Source of the DNA: Vicugna vicugna
Taxonomy: Eukaryota
Assembly (NCBI GenBank): GCA_013265495.1
Contig: MU058482.1
Span: 406,962 to 470,961 of the forward strand
DNA length: 64,000 nucleotides
Direction of reading: 5' to 3'
Notes under the pieces: model-generated
What the model was told of the DNA's origin: nothing
The model's input: only the letters and a program-made list of their open reading frames with translations
The model's database searches: none
In this document: in pieces, positions 53,408-64,000 of the stretch
How positions within the stretch are numbered: the stretch's first letter is position 1
How the letters are laid out: every line of letters starts with the position of its first letter
Program-made: the position numbers and the translations under genes

Positions 53408-54343
53408 ATGGGAGAGGCAAACCTGAGCCAAGGGATTGAGTTTGAGCTCCTGGGCCTCACCAGTGACCCCCAGCTCCAGACGCTGCTCTTCATGGTGTTC
53501 CTGGCCATGTACATCATCACGCTGCTGGGGAATCTGATCATGTTCCTTCTGATCCACGTGAGTGCCACCTTGCACACACCCATGTACTCCCTTCTGAAGA
53601 GCCTCTCCTTCTTGGATTTCTGCTACTCCTCCACAGTTGTCCCCCAGGCCCTGGTGAACTTCTTGGCCGAGAGGAAGGTGATCTCCTATCCTGGCTGCAT
53701 GGCTCAGATGTTTTTCTATGCGGGTTTTGCCACCAGCGAGTGCTATCTCATTGCCGCCATGGCCTACGACCGCTATGCTGCTGTTTGTAACCCCCTGCTC
53801 TACCCCATCACCATGTCTCCTAAGGTCTGTGCCTCTCTGATTGTGGGCTCCTACAGCGCAGGATTTCTCAATTCTCTCATCCACACAAGCTGTATCTTTA
53901 GTCTGAAATTCTGTGGCGCCCATGTGGTCACTCACTTCTTCTGTGATGGACCACCCATCCTGTCTCTGTCTTGTGTGGACACCTCACTGTGTGAAATCCT
54001 GCTCTTCATTTTTGCTGGTTTCAACCTTTTGAGCTGCACCCTCACCATCTTGGTCTCCTACCTCTTAATTCTCATCACCATCTTGAGAATGGACTCAGCC
54101 CAGGGCAGATTCAAGGCCTTCTCCACCTGTGCTTCCCACTTCGCTGCTGTGTGCCTCTTCTATGGCACAACTCTTTTCATGTACCTGCGCCCCAGGTCCA
54201 GCTACTCCCTGACCCAGGACCGCACAGTTGCTGTGATCTACACAGTAGTGATCCCAATGCTGAACCCCCTTATCTATTCTTTGAGAAACAAGGATGTGAA
54301 AGATGCTTTAAGAAAGGTTTGGGGCAGAAAAATAATGGAATGA
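53408..54343 (+). CDS. OR5AU1: Olfactory receptor 5AU1 orthologue, intact, 311 aa, single coding exon
   Basis: Starts MGEANLSQG (N-glycosylation sequon NLS). OR motifs [42 protein letters not shown]. Sequence and position downstream of HNRNPC match my recollection of human OR5AU1. The ORF-track start at 53270 is TTG, and the first in-frame ATG is at 53408. Confidence 0.93.
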   Translation: MGEANLSQGIEFELLGLTSDPQLQTLLFMVFLAMYIITLLGNLIMFLLIHVSATLHTPMYSLLKSLSFLDFCYSSTVVPQALVNFLAERKVISYPGCMAQMFFYAGFATSECYLIAAMAYDRYAAVCNPLLYPITMSPKVCASLIVGSYSAGFLNSLIHTSCIFSLKFCGAHVVTHFFCDGPPILSLSCVDTSLCEILLFIFAGFNLLSCTLTILVSYLLILITILRMDSAQGRFKAFSTCASHFAAVCLFYGTTLFMYLRPRSSYSLTQDRTVAVIYTVVIPMLNPLIYSLRNKDVKDALRKVWGRKIME

Positions 54344-55624
54344 TCTCAGTTCATCACCACATGTCTTTAGAAAGCTGAGGGAACTTTATGTGGCATCAAC
54401 CTGAGCATAGTCCCATGCTCTCCCTGTTCACAGGGGGCACTCTCTGGTCTGCAGAGGCTTCTGCATCTACCTGCCACAGAAAGAACCAATGGCATCACAG
54501 AGACTAAAAAGAAGGGAGGAGTGTCTGCTTATTGCATAAAATTGAACTCATTAGCAATAGTCATGCCTTTGTTCAAATGCTTCATTCATATTTCCATGTT
54601 TTCAAATATTTTATTATTAGAAACTGATATTTATATTCTATAATGAAGTTCTCACCTTAACTAACCTGAAGACCTTCACTGCTTGGGGAAGTCCTCCCCA
54701 TTCTCCATAATCTCCTCTTTATAAAAACTAACTCCTTAAAAATTTTTTTTGATTAATTATTTGAACGATACTGTAACAACAATGTCAAAACTCATGTGTT
54801 CTTTTGTCTTTATTGGCTTTTTTCCTGGCCAAGTATCTACTTAGTCCCTTCCAAACTGGATAAACTTGGGCAAGTTACTTAAATTTTCTGAATCACATTT
54901 ATTTCATCCTTTAATTGGTGTGAATTTTAAATTAAGTATTCAGTTAGATATTGCAGGTAAATCATTCAGAATGATAGGCATTCTATGTTCTCTCACCTGT
55001 TCCTTTATATTGGCCTCTAAGCTCTCACAGAGTCAGAGAGAGGAGGACACATTCTGCCTTTCTCAAAGGTTGGTTGTCCTGTCAGCATTCTGTTCTTTGT
55101 AGTTTATAAGTTGTAATTGAATCAAAATAAATCTTTTTAAACACGATTAGTCACATAGAGGGAGCCCAGGCAAGCATGATATTCCTGGGCTCTATGTGCT
55201 CATTGATACACTTGAGGAAAATTAACAGGCATGCTTGTTTTGTCCCCTCACAAGGGGAGACCTGCCTCAGTCCAGTGCATCCATGACTGGGTCAACAGGG
55301 TCGGCCTCGTCTAGAGTTTAGTTTCAAAAGACCGTTCCCTGCAGATGTAATCCGTGAACTCTAATCTAGCCTTTAACAGTAATACAGTTGACATTTTGCT
55401 CCCAGATTATCTCCTATGCTTTTTCTAAATTGTTCAGAATCATGAGGGGAAGATGGTGCTATATAGTGACACACCCACACAAAGATCCCGACACTGATCT
55501 TGTTTCTGCATTTTAATAGAAACTTCTCCTTTTATTGTAGAGTTTACTGTTAGCCTTTAATAATTAATGTTGATCATATGTAAGTATAGTGACTTTTTTT
55601 TAGTACTAATTAGAGATTTTCTTA

Positions 55625-55878
55625 GAGGCAGTATAGTACAGCTGATACGGACGCAGGGTCTACAGCCACACTACCTGGTTTCAGATTCTGGGTCCATGAT
55701 TTCCTACATGTGGGACAGCATTTAACCTCTCGGAGTTTGTCTTCTCTTTAGTAAAACAGGAATGATAATAATTGGAGCAATACAGTTGTTGGGAGAATTA
55801 AGTAAGTTAATGCAAGCAAAGCACTTGGAACTAATGCCTGGCACATAGCAACCACTTAAACATCAGCTGTTATTATTA
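55625..55878 (+). mobile_element. MIR SINE
   Basis: gaggcagtatag...tttaacctctcggagtttg...gtaaaacaggaatgataata...gcctggcacatag...tattatt. Confidence 0.8.
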
Positions 55879-56689
55879 AAAATGGCTGCTGGCTTTTATC
55901 AAATGCCTTTTCAGTAATTCTTGATATAATGATGTCATCCTCCTTTATTTTGTTCCCGTGGTGAACTGAAGACATAGATTGTCTAATGTTAAACTATTAT
56001 TGTGTCTTGGAGCCCTAGTTGGTCATGAAATGATTTTCTTTTAATAGACTTGGATTTGATTTGCAAGGATGTTATTTAGACTTTTGGCATCTATATTCAC
56101 AGATAAAGTTGATCTATTGTCTTTTTGTATTCTCTTGGTATTATGTTTTAGTATTAAAGGTAAATGAGTCTTGTAAAATGTATTTAAGTTCTTTTCTTCT
56201 TTTTCTATAGTGTGGAATAATTTAAATAAGATAGGAATATCTTTTCTTTAAAAATGTTATATACTCAGCGATAAAACCACCTGAGACTGATGCGTTTTTA
56301 AAAGGTAGATCTTTAATTACTCTTCCAATTTCTTATGTGATTACTGGTTTCATTTTAGGGTTTTTTTCTGCTTATTAAGTCAGCTTAATTATTTGTATTT
56401 TGCTCAAAATTTATTTCCTTCTTCTAGACTTTCAATTTATTGATGATTTATGTGAGTTGCACATAATATTCTCTTCTAATGTTTGTATTTGTTCTCTAGG
56501 TCAGCACCATCTACACTTACTCCTCTAGGTCTCTCCAGACAACTTGTTCAATTTTTTAGGACAATCCCCAAAAGAATCCTCTACTATAAAATAGAAAGAT
56601 GGATTACGTGGTCTATAAGGATCTCTGGACTCTAATATTCTATGAGATAGATGTTTAAGGAAAGACAATATTGAGGAATGATTAAACAT

Positions 56690-56910
56690 ATATACTGCCT
56701 AGATTCCAACCCCAGCTATGTCACTCACTAGCAATGTAACCTTGTGGAAGTTACATGGTTAACCTCTCTGTGCTAAGTTTTTTTTCATCTGGGAAATAGG
56801 GATAACAATAAAACCTATCTCATGTTATAAAACTTGTGAAAATTAAATGGCATAATATCTAAAACAGTGTCTAACAGAGTAACTCTTTCATTAGTGTGTA
56901 TTAGCTACTT
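56690..56910 (+). mobile_element. MIR SINE
   Basis: cccagctatgtcactcactagc...ttaacctctctgtgctaagttt...catctgggaaataggg. Confidence 0.75.
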
Positions 56911-57028
56911 TTACTTCTTTTGTTTGTATCTGTGGTTCTATTGCCTTACACATTCTTAATATATTTGTTTTATTTTCCTTAATAATGCTTAACAGAAGAT
57001 TTTATCAACCTTTTACAACATCCTGTTT

Positions 57029-57186
57029 TTTAAAAAATTAGGTTTAATTTAGGTTTTTTTAGTGGGGAGTGAGGTAATTAGGTTTATTTATTTATTTAAT
57101 TTTTTTTAGAGGAGGTCTGGAGATTGAACCCAGGACCTCATGCATGCTAAACATACTCTCTACCACTTTGAGCTATACCCTCCCCC
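57029..57186 (-). mobile_element. Vic-1-like SINE
   Basis: gaggtaattaggtttatttattt...gattgaacccaggacctcatgcatgctaa...gagctataccctcccc. Near-TSD ACAACAT(C/T)CTGTTT at 57015 and 57189. Confidence 0.9.
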
Positions 57187-57599
57187 ACACAACATTCTGT
57201 TTGTGGTTTTTCTTCTTATTTCTGTAAGTATCAGTTTCCCATTTTATTAATGTCAGGTTTTTCTTTATGAACCCCTTCTTTCTGCTTTCTTTTCATTTAT
57301 TTTGTTCTTCTTTTGTGAAGTTGTTGTTATTAAATACTGAAAATCTACAAAAGATTATTTTAAATGTTTTTATGTCTACCTACCATATAATGATTAAAAA
57401 TAAAATGCAATCACTCACAATCCAGCTAAAGAGATAATATTACAAGTCCACTAAGAACTGTTCTTGTTTTATCTTCTCTGGGGTGCTTATTCATAATTCA
57501 TGTCTTTTTTTTTTTAGGGTTTTTTTTTTTTTGGTATGCTGAAAACTAATTTTTATTGATTAAATGTGTGACAAATTATCTTCACCTAGTTATATCTTT

Positions 57600-58800
57600 T
57601 AAAATGTAATTTATATTTACTTTTTTATGATGTGTTGATTAGCAGGTCTTAAGTTTAATATTAGCAGATTTAGCAATATCCTCTCTAGTTTTAATTTTTA
57701 ATGCATATCTGAAGAATCCTTCCCAAATGTAAAATCATAAAGATATTCTCCTATGTCTTCTTCTCAATATTTTTTAAAGTTTTGCCTTCACATTTGTTTT
57801 TGTCATTAGGTTAGGATTAAATTTCTCTTTTTTTTAAAAAATGGATACCCATTTATCCCAGACCATTTCTTGCATAGCCACTCAATACCCCACTGATCTG
57901 CAATGCCAGTTCTGTCATAAATCAAGTTCCAAACATGCATGAATCCTTTTCTGGGTCCTACATTTTGTTTCATTGGTCCACTTGTATCTCTCTGCATTGG
58001 TACCACACTGTCTTAATTACTTTATCTTTTCAATTAATCAGTATCTTGTGGGCACATATTCCCTCTCCCCCATCACCTGGCCTCTAACTTAAATCTCTTT
58101 AGATGTATCTTGGCAACTATTGATCTTTTGCCTTTTTGTTCTACATTTAAAATTTGTTAGCCTGTTAAGTCTCATAAAAAACTTAGTAGAATTTTGATTG
58201 GAATTGTACTGAAATCACAGATCAGTTTGGGAGAATCCATTATCTTTAGAATGTCTTTCTATCCATGAACATGGTATATCTCTGCATTTATTTAAATTAT
58301 CTTTACTGTATTTATTAAAGTTTTAACTTTTTAGAAATTCTGCATATCTAGGGATCTCATATTTTTGCATATCTATGTACCTTATGAATCATATTGTAAA
58401 AAATAACACCACCTCAATGTTTGTTGCTTGTGTACAGAAGTAGAATTGTCTTTTGTATATTTATTTTTGTTCAAATAGATTGCTAAACTTTATTAATGAC
58501 AAATTTTATTTGTAGATTGGGGTTGCCTTAATTGGATAATAAGATAATATGTTATCTTCTTCCTTTCCAATCCTTGTACCCCTTGATGGTGTTTTTTTCT
58601 TGTTTCACTGCATTGATTTGGAAATTCAGCATAATATTGAATAGGAGTGATGAAGAAAGACTCCTTGTCTTGTTCTTGGTTTAAAGGGAATTTTTTTTAA
58701 CAATCTGACTGTTAAATGTAATGTGTTTTCCAGGTTTTTTGTAGAGAAACATTAGCAGGTTAAGGATAGCACTGTTTAGTATCAGTTTGCTAATGTATTT
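57600..58800 (-). mobile_element. Old L1 ORF2 fragments
   Basis: Antisense L1 motifs (accacactgtcttaattac; atccatgaacatggtatatctc; ttgaataggagtgatg...ccttgtcttgttc). Confidence 0.7.
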
Positions 58801-58894
58801 TTTAACAATCATGTTATTTAATTATCTCATTAATTCTGCCATTCTTCTTTATTATTTATTATTTCCTATGTGCCATTTAACCTGCATCTAGATT

Positions 58895-60935
58895 GGAAAG
58901 GGAGAAAGGAAATTGTCTTCATTTATAGATGGTATGAATCTGCATGTAGAAAATCCTAGGGAATTTACTTAAAAAAAAAAACTGGAACTAATAAACAAGT
59001 TCAGTAGCATTACAGGATATAAAATCAATACAGGAAAACTAATTTTATTTTTATATGTTAGCAAGGAAAAATCCAAAAATGAAATTAAGGAAACAATCCT
59101 TTCCCAATAGTATCAAAAACAATTAAATACTTAGGAATAAGTTGAATAAAATAAATGCAAGACTTGTACACTGAAAACTGCAAAACTTTGCTAAGACAAT
59201 TAGAGAAGATCTAAAAATAGAGGTTTTCTATGTTTGTGGATTGAAATAATGATTATCATTAACATGGCAGTAATTCCCAAATTGATCTATAGATTCAAAG
59301 CAATCCCTAGGAAAGACTCAGCAGGCTTTTTCTTTAAAAATTGACAAGCTGGTCCTAAGATTTAAGTACAAATACAAAGAACCCAGAATACCCAAAATAA
59401 TTTTGAAAAGAAGGACATATATGAAGAAATATATACTCAATTTTAAAGCTTCCTATAAAACCATAGTAATTAAAACAGTGGGGTAGTGGCATAAGGGTAG
59501 GCATGTAGATTAATGGAACAGACTTGAGAATCCAGAAATAAACCTTTGCGTTTCTAGTCAATTGATTTTTACCTGAAAAAAACCTGATACAGCACAAAAG
59601 ATCTGTACACTGAAGGCTATAAAATACTGCTTAGATAAATTAAACAATATCTAAATAAATAATAATATATACCATGTTCTTTGTTTATAAGTGTAACATT
59701 ACTAAGCTGTGACTTCTCCCCAGACTGATCTTTAGACTCAATGTAATCCCAATCAGAATCCAAGTAGGCTTTTTTATAGATACTGACAAATTGATTCCAA
59801 AATTCATATGGAAATATAAAGGACATAGAATAGCCAAAGCAACTTTGAAAAAGAAAGAACAAATTTGAGGCTTAACACTACCTGATTTCAAGGCTTTTTA
59901 TAAAGCTAAAGTAATCAAGACACTGTCTTATAGCTCTAAAGACACCCAAATAGATAAATGGAACAGAATAGAGTGCAGAAATAGACCCACAAATACAGTT
60001 GACCCTTGAACAATAAGAGTTTGAACTGTGTGGGTCCACTTATATGCAGATTTTTTTTTCACTAAATACATACTACAGTACTCCACTGTCTTCAGTTAAC
60101 TGAATCTGCAAATGCAGAATTATGGATATGGAGGACCAACTGTTGAGTTATACGTGAAATTTTGACTGCACGAAGAGTGCGCATCCCTAACCCTCACGTT
60201 GTTCAGGGGTCAACCGTATATGGATAGCTGATTTTTGACAAAGGTACCAAAAAATTCAGTGAAAAAGAGTCTTTTCAACAATGTCATTAAAATATTTGGT
60301 TAGTCATATGCATAAAAATGAACTTTGATTCACATACCTCACATCATATAAAAATAAAGATGGATCATAGGTCTAACTGTAAAAACTAAAACAACAACAC
60401 TTATGAGAAAACATTTGTGACCTTGGGGTAGCCAAAGATTTCTTAAATATGACACAAAAAGCACAATCCATAAAAGAAAAAATGAATAAGTTGACCCTCA
60501 TCCAAACAGAACATCAAAAGACACTTAAGATACTGAAAAGCCAGAGGCTGGGAAAAAATATTTTCGCCATATATTCTGACACAGCACTTGTATGAAGAAT
60601 ACATAAAGTACTCTCAAAGCTCAATTAAAAAAAATAAAGCCCAATAAGAAAAATGGCCAATGATTTGAACAGACAGCTCATACAGAAGGCCAAAAAGGCT
60701 CATGAAAAGATGTTAAATATAATTAGTTATTAAGGGAATGCAAATTAAAATCACAATGAGATGCCTCTAGAAACCTAATGAAATAGATAAAATTAACAAA
60801 ATTGAACTTACCAAGTGTTGGTGAGGATGTGGAGCAACTGGAACTCTTAAAAACTACTGATGGGAATGTAAACTAGTAAAACCACACTGGAAAATAGAAT
60901 GGTAGTTTCACAAAATGCTAAATATATACCTACCA
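58895..60935 (+). mobile_element. L1 ORF2 3' region fragments (two adjacent copies)
   Basis: Sense L1 ORF2 motifs (tagaaaatcct; aaatacttaggaataa; caaattgatctatagattcaa; accaagtgttggtgaggatgtggagcaactggaactct). Confidence 0.85.
59996..60216. mobile_element. Tigger2/MER8-like MITE inserted in L1
   Basis: TIRs CAGTTGACCCTTGAACAA / TTGTTCAGGGGTCAACCG, with a TA TSD at 59994-59995 and 60217-60218. Confidence 0.88.
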
Positions 60936-60939
60936 ATTG

Positions 60940-61290
60940 CTTTGCTTAAGAGTGTGTTGTTTAATTCCCAGTCTGTGCATTTCTCAAATTTCTTTCTGTC
61001 ATTTATTTTAAATTTTATTCCATTTTGGCTCGAGACTATACTAGGCATTATTTATATCCTTTTAAATTTATTGAGGTTTGTTCTATGACCTAGTGTGGGG
61101 TCTACCCTAAAGAATGTTCCCTATGCACTTGAGAAGAATGTATATTTTGATGTTGAGTGGAGTGTTCCAAAGATATCTATTAGGTCTAGTTAATGCTAAT
61201 CTTCTATTTCTTTGTTCATCTTCTGTTTAGTTGTTCTATCTATTATTGAAAGTGGGATATTAAAGTCTTCAAATATTGTTTCTCTTTTTT
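60940..61290 (-). mobile_element. Old L1 ORF2 5' fragment
   Basis: tgcacttgagaagaatgtatattttg...tctattattgaaagtgggatattaaagtc. Confidence 0.75.
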
Positions 61291-61479
61291 AAATTATAAT
61301 TTCTCTTCTAGGAGAGAGACACACAGATCTTTTGGTAACATATTTAATACACAAAATATTATGTACCCTTGAGAAAAAAATATTCATTATATGGTGATGT
61401 CTGAGGGTATTCCTCAATCACATTTAATTTAATTATACTCCACTTTTCCTATATTTTTATTTTTAAAATTAACATTGCC

Positions 61480-62095
61480 TAGATGCACCCCAATGTTCAT
61501 AGCAGCACTATATACAATAGCCAAGACATGGAAGCAACCTAAATATCCATTGACAAATGATTGGATAAAGAAGTTGTGTATGTATGTGTGTATATATATA
61601 TATGTGTGTGTGTATCTCACACATTTATACAATGGAATACCACTAAGCCATAAAAAAGAATAAAATAATGCTATTTGCAACAACACGAATGGAACTGGAG
61701 ATTGTCATACCAAGGGAAGTAAGCCAGAAAGATAATGAAAAATACTTTAATGTGGAATATAAAAAAAGTCACAAATGAACTTATTTACAAAACAGAAACA
61801 GACTCACAGACATAGAAAACAAACTTATGGTTACTAGTGGGGAAAGGGGAGGGTAGAAGGATAAATTGGGAGTTCAGGATTCACAGATACTAACTAGTAT
61901 ATATAAAATAGACAAACAACAAGGTCCTACTGTATAGCACAGGGAACTATATTCAATATCTTATAATAGACTATAATGAAAAAGAATATGAAAAGGAATA
62001 TATATATATGTATGAATCACTATGCTGCACACCAGAAATTAACACAACATTGTAAACTGACTATACTTCAATAAAATAAAATAAAATAAAAAATT
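61480..62095 (+). mobile_element. Lineage-specific L1 3' end (~600 nt)
   Basis: CTPMFIAALYTIAKTWKQPKYP (ORF2 C-terminus), then a 3' UTR ending ctatacttcaataaaataaaataaaataaaaaa. Confidence 0.92.
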
Positions 62096-62569
62096 AAAAT
62101 ATTTTAAAATCACCTAGGATAATTAGTATTTTTCTGCAGAAAGTGAGAATCAATATTCATTTTTTCCAAAATGTCTATCTAGTTATACCAATAACATATA
62201 AGTAAATCATTTATTTTCCATGTAAACTCACTTTTTAAATGATAAGAATAATGCATATTAATTGTAGAAATTTTGGAAGATAAATATGTAGAAGCAAATC
62301 AAAATTGCCTATAATCCCATTACCCAAAGATAACAGCTGTTAACATGCAATAATACTTCTTTCTAGATGTATAGGCACATCTATTGTTACTTTTTTAAAA
62401 ATCAGCATAATATCCTTCTTTCATTTTGGCATTCTGCTTCTTTTTCCTTTCACTTAATATTATATCATGAGAATTTTTCATGTTACTAAACATTTGAAAA
62501 CATAATTTTAATACTATATCTTCTGGATATACCATAATTTGTCTAACCATTTTCCTCTTAGCATCTAAC

Positions 62570-63085
62570 CATTAGTATAATTTGTAACAAGCAACAGAAC
62601 TCCCAATTCAAATTGACTTATGTAATAGAAGAAATGTATTGACCTGAATACTGAGAGATTCAGAGCCATAGAGACTTAGGTAAGGCATGACCAGTAGCAC
62701 AGTGATGATAATAAGGCCATTTTATGGTTCAGCTTCATCCTGAGGTTCACTTTCTCATGACCACAAGGAGTCAACCAGCACCATGATGGACTACATACTT
62801 TGTTTTTCATGTCAGGTGGAAGAGAGGGAGCTTCTTTCCCAGAAGCTCTCAGCAAATTTCTACTCCTATATAATTGGCCTCAAATGGCTAAGTAATCATT
62901 TCCAACAATCATGTTGGCCAGGCATGTTAGAACACATGGATAGGATGAAGCCAGTTATCTCCTTCTCACCCTCTGAACACTGCAGCTTGGGTGAAATCTA
63001 TCTTACCTAACGCACATGGCTGGGGTGACCTTTAAAAGTGGAAAGACGGGGAATGGATACTGGGAAGACAACAAATGTCTACTAT
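62570..63085. mobile_element. Old MLT1-like LTR
   Basis: gcaacagaactccc...aattgacttatgtaatagaagaaatgtattg...aattggcc...aaacggggaatggatactgggaagacaac, resembling old MaLR LTRs. Confidence 0.5.
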
Positions 63086-63299
63086 TTTGGGTCTTATACT
63101 GTTTCCAAATTTTTGTTAAAGCAAAAATTCTTGTATATAAAATCATTTCATGGTTCTATGACCACTGTTTTAGGGTAAATTTTCAAAAGTGGAATTAATG
63201 AGTAAATGACTATAAATATTTTAACATATCTTTAAAGGATATAATTCATTATTTTTAATAACATCTTTGACATATAATTCATATACCATATTATTTACC

Positions 63300-64000
63300 C
63301 ATTTAAATTACCTGTATAACTCTATTTCTTCCTTCCCCTTTTTGTGCTATTATTATTACACATATTATATCTGCATGTTAGAAACCCAGTATTTGTTATG
63401 ATTATTACTTTATATAATGTTGTCTTTTGATGAAACTTAGAGAAGAAAAGGGTAGGTATATATTTACAGAGGTTGTTGTATTAACCTTCTTACTTACCAT
63501 TTCAGATTCTCTTAATTTGTTCTTGTGCATTTGAGTTACCATCTAGTATCCTTTCTTTATCCAATATACTCTGCTCCCACCCACCTCCTTTGTGCTGTTA
63601 TTGTCAAATATGTTACATTTCTATATTTTACAAATTGGACAATACAACAATATATTGTTTAATATATTTGATTTTACAACCAGTTAAGGGAAGAAAGGAG
63701 AAGAAATATGCATTTATGCTTTTATAATTACATGATTACTTTTACAAGTTCTCTTCATTTTTTCATGTGGATTTTAATTACTGTCCAGGGTCACTTGCTT
63801 TCATTCTGAAAATTTTCCTTTGTCTTTCTTATAGGCAGGTCGACAAACAACAAGTTCAGTTTTTGTTTCTCTGAGGATGTCTTTATCTGACTTTTTTGAA
63901 AGGCTGTCGTGTTAGATAAAGATTCTTGGTTCACAGTTTTTTCATTTTGGGTATTTTGATTAGGTCATCCCTTGCCTCCTGGCTTCCATTTTTTCTGACA
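63300..64000 (-). mobile_element. Old L1 fragment (probably inter-ORF/ORF1 region)
   Basis: T-rich antisense L1M-like sequence (tttgagttaccatctagtatc; tttcttataggcagg; gattcttggttcacagttttttc). Confidence 0.65.

Noticed and set aside
53360..53935. 191-aa antisense ORF (and the 92-aa ORF at 53305-53583)
   Set aside because: Antisense shadows of the OR coding sequence with no recognisable protein features.

Overview
Mammalian genomic DNA, most likely camelid (alpaca/camel), judged from the tRNA-Ala-derived SINEs. The window starts inside a 5'-UTR intron of HNRNPC (+ strand). It contains all seven coding exons (4601-26941; C1 = 294 aa, C2 = 307 aa) and the 3' UTR with several poly(A) signals. 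Next come about 8 kb of mostly unique sequence and a repeat-dense block (old L1s, a MER21-like LTR, a near-complete MLT1/MaLR provirus). An intact olfactory receptor, OR5AU1 (+, 53408-54343, 311 aa), follows, then more L1-dominated sequence. I found no well-supported new biological system. The best leads are: stacked alternative splice sites in HNRNPC; candidate recursive-splice, poison-exon and intronic poly(A) signals in its 15-kb intron; a dense O/E + homeodomain cluster that looks like the OR promoter; evidence that the long OR5AU1 N-terminus is intronic; a possible fossil CR1/L3 ORF1 esterase; and an unexplained CpG-retaining insert within L1 sequence. Repeat family names are by-eye recognition and their boundaries are approximate unless TSDs are given.
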